A stretch of DNA of 64,000 nt from Oligoflexales bacterium (GTDB taxonomy: Bacteria; Bdellovibrionota_B; Oligoflexia; Oligoflexales; CAIYRB01). A program made the translations under genes and the position numbers. Location of the stretch: NCBI GenBank assembly GCA_041736175.1, contig JBGSUI010000240.1:32001-96000 (forward strand), in the 5' to 3' direction. The notes under the pieces were generated by a model. That model was not told the DNA's origin, searched no databases, and saw only the letters and a list, made by a program, of their open reading frames with translations. Numbering within the stretch: position 1 is the stretch's first letter; every line of letters begins with the position of its first letter. Positions 59,678-64,000 of this stretch are shown piece by piece.

Positions 59678-60955
59678 ATGCTGAGGAGGTTTCTGATGGC
59701 TTTTGCTCTTCGCAAAACACCTAAAATCCTAGTGCCCATGGTCATACTCATGGTTTCATGTTTAGCTCTTGCAACGATCCCCGTAAAATCTCACGCCTGC
59801 ACCACGGCTGCTTGGTTGGCCCCAAAGACAAGCATGGATGCGCCCCTTATTTGGAAAAATCGAGATACCGATACCCTTTGGAACCGCGTCGTCTTTGTAA
59901 ACGCCGCACCTCACCGCTATGTGGGCCTTACCGATGCCCACGAAGTCTCGGGACGAGCCGTCTACGCGGGCCTTAACGACACGGGTTTTGGTATCATCAA
60001 TTCCGTAGCCTACAATCTACCCAAGGTTGCTCCTGAAATGGTCGATTTGGAAGGCTTTGTGATGGCTGATGTGTTGCGGACAGCGCGGCGGGTGGAGGAT
60101 TTTGAGCGTTATTTAACCGACCACCTTGGCCCTGATCTGGGGTCCCAGGCAAATTTTTTAGTGTTTGATAGCGAGGGAGAAGTCTGGCTATTTGAAGTTC
60201 ACAATCATGGATTCGAAAAATTTTCAGTGGCTGCGAATCCAGAAAAATACTTGGTCAACACCAACTTTGCCCGCAGCGGCACCCCCGGTCAAGGCGCAGG
60301 CTATTTGCGTTTTGAAAGAGCATCGAGTCTGATTGCAGCTCACCAAGGACTGGTGGATCCCGAGTTTATCATAAACTCTCTGGCTAGAGATTTTGGACAT
60401 AGCCTCCTGTCTGTCCCATCAGTCCTTGAACTCGGCCAACGGAGCATTCGAGACCCCCTGTGGTTACCCACCACAGAAACCATCAATAGGGATTCAACAG
60501 CCTCATCGGTTGTGCTCCAAGGGCGTCGACAAAATCCAAAGGGCACCCCCTCCCTCGCCACCATGTGGGTTTCCTTAGGAGAGCCCGTGGCGTCCCTGGC
60601 CGTTCCCATTTGGGTCGAAGCGGGAAGGATTCCCCAAGCCCTCTCCAAAGGGACACGGGTGCCGCTCCAAGAAACCGCTATGAAACTTAAAAAAGTTTTG
60701 AGACCCTTTGCCGAAACGGAAAAACAAAAATACTTGAATCTCAGCCTTCTTAACAATAAAGAATCCATCGGAACGATTCCCCAACTTGAGACGATCCAAA
60801 ACACAATCCTCAAACAAACCGCTGCATTTATGAACCAACTCCATACTCCCGAACAGCTAGCACAGTTTCAGGATCAAATGGCCGAATTTGCATTGACCTC
60901 TCTCAATCAGATCCTTGAAGGGATTCAACAGCATCATGGGAGCATGATTCCTTAA
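59678..60955 (+). CDS. secreted Ntn-hydrolase (C45/C69-like cysteine amidase)
   Basis: Signal peptide ending SHA|CTT; WKNRD, AGLND.G and NTNF motifs. Confidence 0.75.
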   Translation: MLRRFLMAFALRKTPKILVPMVILMVSCLALATIPVKSHACTTAAWLAPKTSMDAPLIWKNRDTDTLWNRVVFVNAAPHRYVGLTDAHEVSGRAVYAGLNDTGFGIINSVAYNLPKVAPEMVDLEGFVMADVLRTARRVEDFERYLTDHLGPDLGSQANFLVFDSEGEVWLFEVHNHGFEKFSVAANPEKYLVNTNFARSGTPGQGAGYLRFERASSLIAAHQGLVDPEFIINSLARDFGHSLLSVPSVLELGQRSIRDPLWLPTTETINRDSTASSVVLQGRRQNPKGTPSLATMWVSLGEPVASLAVPIWVEAGRIPQALSKGTRVPLQETAMKLKKVLRPFAETEKQKYLNLSLLNNKESIGTIPQLETIQNTILKQTAAFMNQLHTPEQLAQFQDQMAEFALTSLNQILEGIQQHHGSMIP

Positions 60956-61133
60956 AATTCGATAAACCAGTACCAGATTATTCCATGCAAATCTTCGCTA
61001 ATCCGTAGTCTTTCTCACTGATAATACTCAGTTCTATACAATCTCCCTCAAGGTCTGGCTCCACTCGCCGACCTCGGGGTTTGTATGGAGCATGGGGTTC
61101 CATCCACAACAAATTCAAAACCTGGAGGTGAAC

Positions 61134-62036
61134 ATGGGAGATCGAATTATAGTAACTGGAGCAAGCAGTGGCTTTGGACGGTTGATCGTCCAAACACTTA
61201 GCAAAGCCGGACACAAAGTGGTCGGGACCGTGAGAGATTCCCACGGCAAAAACCAAAAAGTCGTGCAAGAAATTCAAAAAATGGGTGCACAGGTGGTGGA
61301 CCTTGATGTTACCCAAGAGTCTAGCGTCTTTGAGGGTATCCGCCTTGCTCACGAAAAGCTCGGCGGCATCGATATCGTGATCAACAACGCTGGCATCGGT
61401 GTCTTAGGTCTCCAAGAGAGCTTTACGGCAGATGATTGGCAACGGGTCTTTGACGTTAACGTCTTTGGCGTGCAAAGGATTAACCGTGCTGCATTGCCTT
61501 ATTTGAGAGAGCAAGGCAAGGGGCTTTTGGTCTATATCACCAGCCTCTTAGGCCGTATGACCGTTCCCTTTTACGGACCTTATAATGCCTCTAAATTTGC
61601 ACTGGAAGCTCTTGCCGAAAACTATCGTTTAGAACTCAGCTCCTTTGGTATTGAATCCTGTGTGGTCGAGCCCGGTGGCTATGGCACTGATTTTATGAAT
61701 CGACTTCTGTTGCCTTCGGATCGTTCTCGCAATAAAGGTTATGGCCCCCTTGCTCAGGCCCCCGAAGAGTTTTTTAAAAATTTTGAAAAGAACCTTAAAG
61801 GTCCCGGAGCACCGAATCCCCAGTGGGTTGCCGATGCTGTCTTAAATATCATCCAAGCTCCCCGTGGCAAAAGACCCTTTCGCACCACGGTCGACCGGAT
61901 GGGAATGGGCCAAGCCGTCGAACCCTATAACCGGGCTTATGAAGAGATGGTGCTGCAAGTTTACAAGGCGTTTGGGATGGGCGAAATCCTGCAACTCAAT
62001 ACCCAAGCACAAACTCACCCCAAGAAAACAGGTTAA
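61134..62036 (+). CDS. short-chain dehydrogenase/reductase
   Basis: TGASSGFG, NNAG and YNASK motifs; ATG at 61134 behind GGAGG. Confidence 0.9.
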   Translation: MGDRIIVTGASSGFGRLIVQTLSKAGHKVVGTVRDSHGKNQKVVQEIQKMGAQVVDLDVTQESSVFEGIRLAHEKLGGIDIVINNAGIGVLGLQESFTADDWQRVFDVNVFGVQRINRAALPYLREQGKGLLVYITSLLGRMTVPFYGPYNASKFALEALAENYRLELSSFGIESCVVEPGGYGTDFMNRLLLPSDRSRNKGYGPLAQAPEEFFKNFEKNLKGPGAPNPQWVADAVLNIIQAPRGKRPFRTTVDRMGMGQAVEPYNRAYEEMVLQVYKAFGMGEILQLNTQAQTHPKKTG

Positions 62037-62068
62037 GTCCTTGTAGAAAAATCAAGCTGAAAGCAAAC

Positions 62069-62102
62069 GACAAAGCAGCCCTGGAATCAGGGTTGCTTTG
62101 TC
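62069..62102 (+). terminator. hairpin / putative intrinsic terminator
   Basis: GACAAAGCAGCCCTG-GAAT-CAGGGTTGCTTTGTC after the SDR gene; weak U tail. Confidence 0.55.
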
Positions 62103-62178
62103 CCTGGCCCGCCTTGACAAAGTATGATGATGAGTCCTATTTTAGAATAACTAAACAGAACCCAAGGATGGCCCCCCT

Positions 62179-62646
62179 ATGTTGTCTAAAATGATCCAAA
62201 ACCTCTCAATACACCTCACCTCAATAACCCTTTTAGCAGGTTGCCTGGCCCTGGAAACGGCAAGGGCAAACACAGCTTATCCGACTCTTTGGCAGCTTGA
62301 AAACCAATCAAAACAGAGCATTTTGTTAACCTGTCAGGGTAAAGCTCAGGGACTGGCAAGCCCGATTATTTTACCTCTCAAAGAGCTGGGACCAACAAGC
62401 CAAGACACCTACACCTGGGTCGGGTGGCACAATGACGGTTTAGGCCTTAATGCCGCAGCATGGACCTGTACCCTTAAAAACAAAGACACCGGCTCCGAAA
62501 CCCAGCCGCAATTTCAAACCCCTCCTGGACAAAACAGCCTGATTGTTATTCGCACGACGGGCAGCCAGCTTGAACTGATTCGACTCGACGCCTCTAAAGA
62601 AACGACGGCCCAGAGTGTGACGCCGGTAACACGCCAAAAGCGATGA
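62179..62646 (+). CDS. small secreted beta-rich hypothetical protein
   Basis: Signal peptide (ARA); two Cys in the mature part; stop overlaps the next start. Confidence 0.6.
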   Translation: MLSKMIQNLSIHLTSITLLAGCLALETARANTAYPTLWQLENQSKQSILLTCQGKAQGLASPIILPLKELGPTSQDTYTWVGWHNDGLGLNAAAWTCTLKNKDTGSETQPQFQTPPGQNSLIVIRTTGSQLELIRLDASKETTAQSVTPVTRQKR

Positions 62647-63929
62647 GGATCTGGGTGAATCTTATTTTTTATGGTTTCCTTGGGGTTTTATCGGCCTGCC
62701 GAACATTAGGGGGCGACAGTGACACCCTGCGGGTACAACCAGAGGACAAGCCTCCAAGGTCCGGAGAATCCCTGACAGCATCGAGGGTTCTCTCCCTCAA
62801 CGAGTGGGCTCGAAACCTCCTGCAAGAAACCAGGGATTTGGATGATTTTCAGAAAATGGCCGATGACTATTTTGCCAAAAATGGGATCAAGGATGCCTTG
62901 CCCTTAAAGACCTACACCATCAATCTTAGGCCGGGGAACGAGTGTTTTCGTGAATCTACCCCCGGACATTCTTTATGGTGGGCCAGAAATCGCGAGCAAA
63001 TCGCCCGCCAAATCGAAAGCGCAGCCCAGTTTATTTTTGTTCATCATAAGGCGGTGTTAGGCAAGCCAAAAGGCCCGTTTCAAATCCGAGAAATTGAAAT
63101 CTGTCCTAAAAGCACCTCTAAATCCGATCTAAACTTTAATGCAGGAAAACTGATCATCGGCGTCCCCTACAATCTCGTACAGGGATACCGGCCCTGGACG
63201 TCAGACCAACTCCTAAGCCTCTGGCGGCAAGGTGCCCACCTTGATCCCGAAGACCTGGTCGTCAATCGGTGGCTGACTCGCAAAAAACTCATCAATCTCT
63301 GGTCTCTGTTTGATCCCATAGGAAGCTTTCGCCTTAATATCCGCCAATCCTATGACCAGGAATCCCAAACTCTTAGCCAACGGCTGGGCCAACTCGGCAC
63401 CTCTTCGAGCTTAGATCACTGGAAAAACCTCCTCTGGGGAACCAGTGTCGATCCCCGGAGAATCCGAATCGCTAACGATGAAACTCTACGAAAGATTTGG
63501 ACAGAGCAAAAATCAGGGCAGCTTCTCCAAAACTATCGCTGTTTGGTGGCAAACCCCGTCACCGCTGATGATCTCTCCTGGGGTTCCCAAGCTGTCTTCG
63601 AAAAATGGATGGGCCAACGTTCCAACAATATCGATATTAAGATCAAGGCAGGCCTCGTCGCGGTCGGCAACTATCACCAGATCGGCGTCACCTTATCCAC
63701 CTACCAGGGAGCCTATTATGAGTACCTCAATACCCAAGTCGGACCCACGGAATCCACTGTCCTAAAAGCCCAAGTCGAAGGAGGTTTAGTCGCCGTGTTT
63801 ACCGTCGATGATATCAAAGTGGATGTGGCCCTTAACGTCCTCAAACAATTAATCCCCCAATCCCTGGGGACCGCGGCCTTGGACCGGGCGACTCTGGCAA
63901 CCCTAGACCAAAGAAACCTCTGTCTTTAA
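62643..63929 (+). CDS. hypothetical lipoprotein
   Basis: LSAC lipobox; C-terminal GLVAV duplication. Confidence 0.65.
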   Translation: MRIWVNLIFYGFLGVLSACRTLGGDSDTLRVQPEDKPPRSGESLTASRVLSLNEWARNLLQETRDLDDFQKMADDYFAKNGIKDALPLKTYTINLRPGNECFRESTPGHSLWWARNREQIARQIESAAQFIFVHHKAVLGKPKGPFQIREIEICPKSTSKSDLNFNAGKLIIGVPYNLVQGYRPWTSDQLLSLWRQGAHLDPEDLVVNRWLTRKKLINLWSLFDPIGSFRLNIRQSYDQESQTLSQRLGQLGTSSSLDHWKNLLWGTSVDPRRIRIANDETLRKIWTEQKSGQLLQNYRCLVANPVTADDLSWGSQAVFEKWMGQRSNNIDIKIKAGLVAVGNYHQIGVTLSTYQGAYYEYLNTQVGPTESTVLKAQVEGGLVAVFTVDDIKVDVALNVLKQLIPQSLGTAALDRATLATLDQRNLCL

Positions 63930-63988
63930 GGCATATTTAAAGACTATAATTACTGGACATTTTTTTACATTTAAAAGGAGTTGCAACA

Positions 63989-64000
63989 ATGCGTTATGCT
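63989..64000 (+). CDS. start of the next gene (partial)
   Basis: AAGGAG RBS then ATG at 63989. Confidence 0.4.

Overview
A 64-kb bacterial chromosomal window. Paralogous TIGR02147/DUF4423-like regulators, a DUF1566 remnant, many orphan lipoproteins and sigma28/sigma54-like promoters suggest Bdellovibrionota/Oligoflexia, but this is an inference. In order: (1) a Wzy-dependent exopolysaccharide locus with an embedded GH44 glucanase, a GT61 and an FkbM methyltransferase (1-12.4 kb); (2) an AapJQMP amino-acid ABC transporter; (3) secreted or orphan genes including a CotH kinase-CBM10 lipoprotein; (4) a tight 8-gene operon (21.3-30.4 kb) of two solute-binding-protein/OmpA fusions, a membrane-anchored vWA protein, a coiled-coil membrane protein, TelA and a urea-carboxylase/guanidine-type ABC transporter; (5) a plasticity zone (30.4-40.7 kb) with an HTH/nucleotidyltransferase pair, a 5'-truncated hipA bracketed by an exact 22-bp direct repeat, a fused OYE/Amt gene fragment, an AAA_14-DUF4143 ATPase and Phd-VapC; (6) a lipid-catabolic cluster (chlorophyllase-like hydrolase, CaiB/AMACR-like protein, acyl-CoA dehydrogenase, FadJ, thiolase, ChoD-like oxidase, FMO, HSL esterase) interrupted by a higBA module with a frameshifted toxin and a diverged, internally deleted copy of the choD 3' end; (7) orphan secreted proteins, including ART-like and ParB-like lipoproteins. 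The best candidates for undescribed systems are a module that occurs twice (TIGR02147 regulator divergent from a secreted HELGHxFGLxD metallopeptidase), the SBP-OmpA/vWA/TelA/ABC operon, and a possible chlorophyll-phytol catabolic unit. No rRNA, tRNA, CRISPR array, integrase, transposase or reverse transcriptase was recognised. All family calls come from motif recognition by eye, not from database searches.
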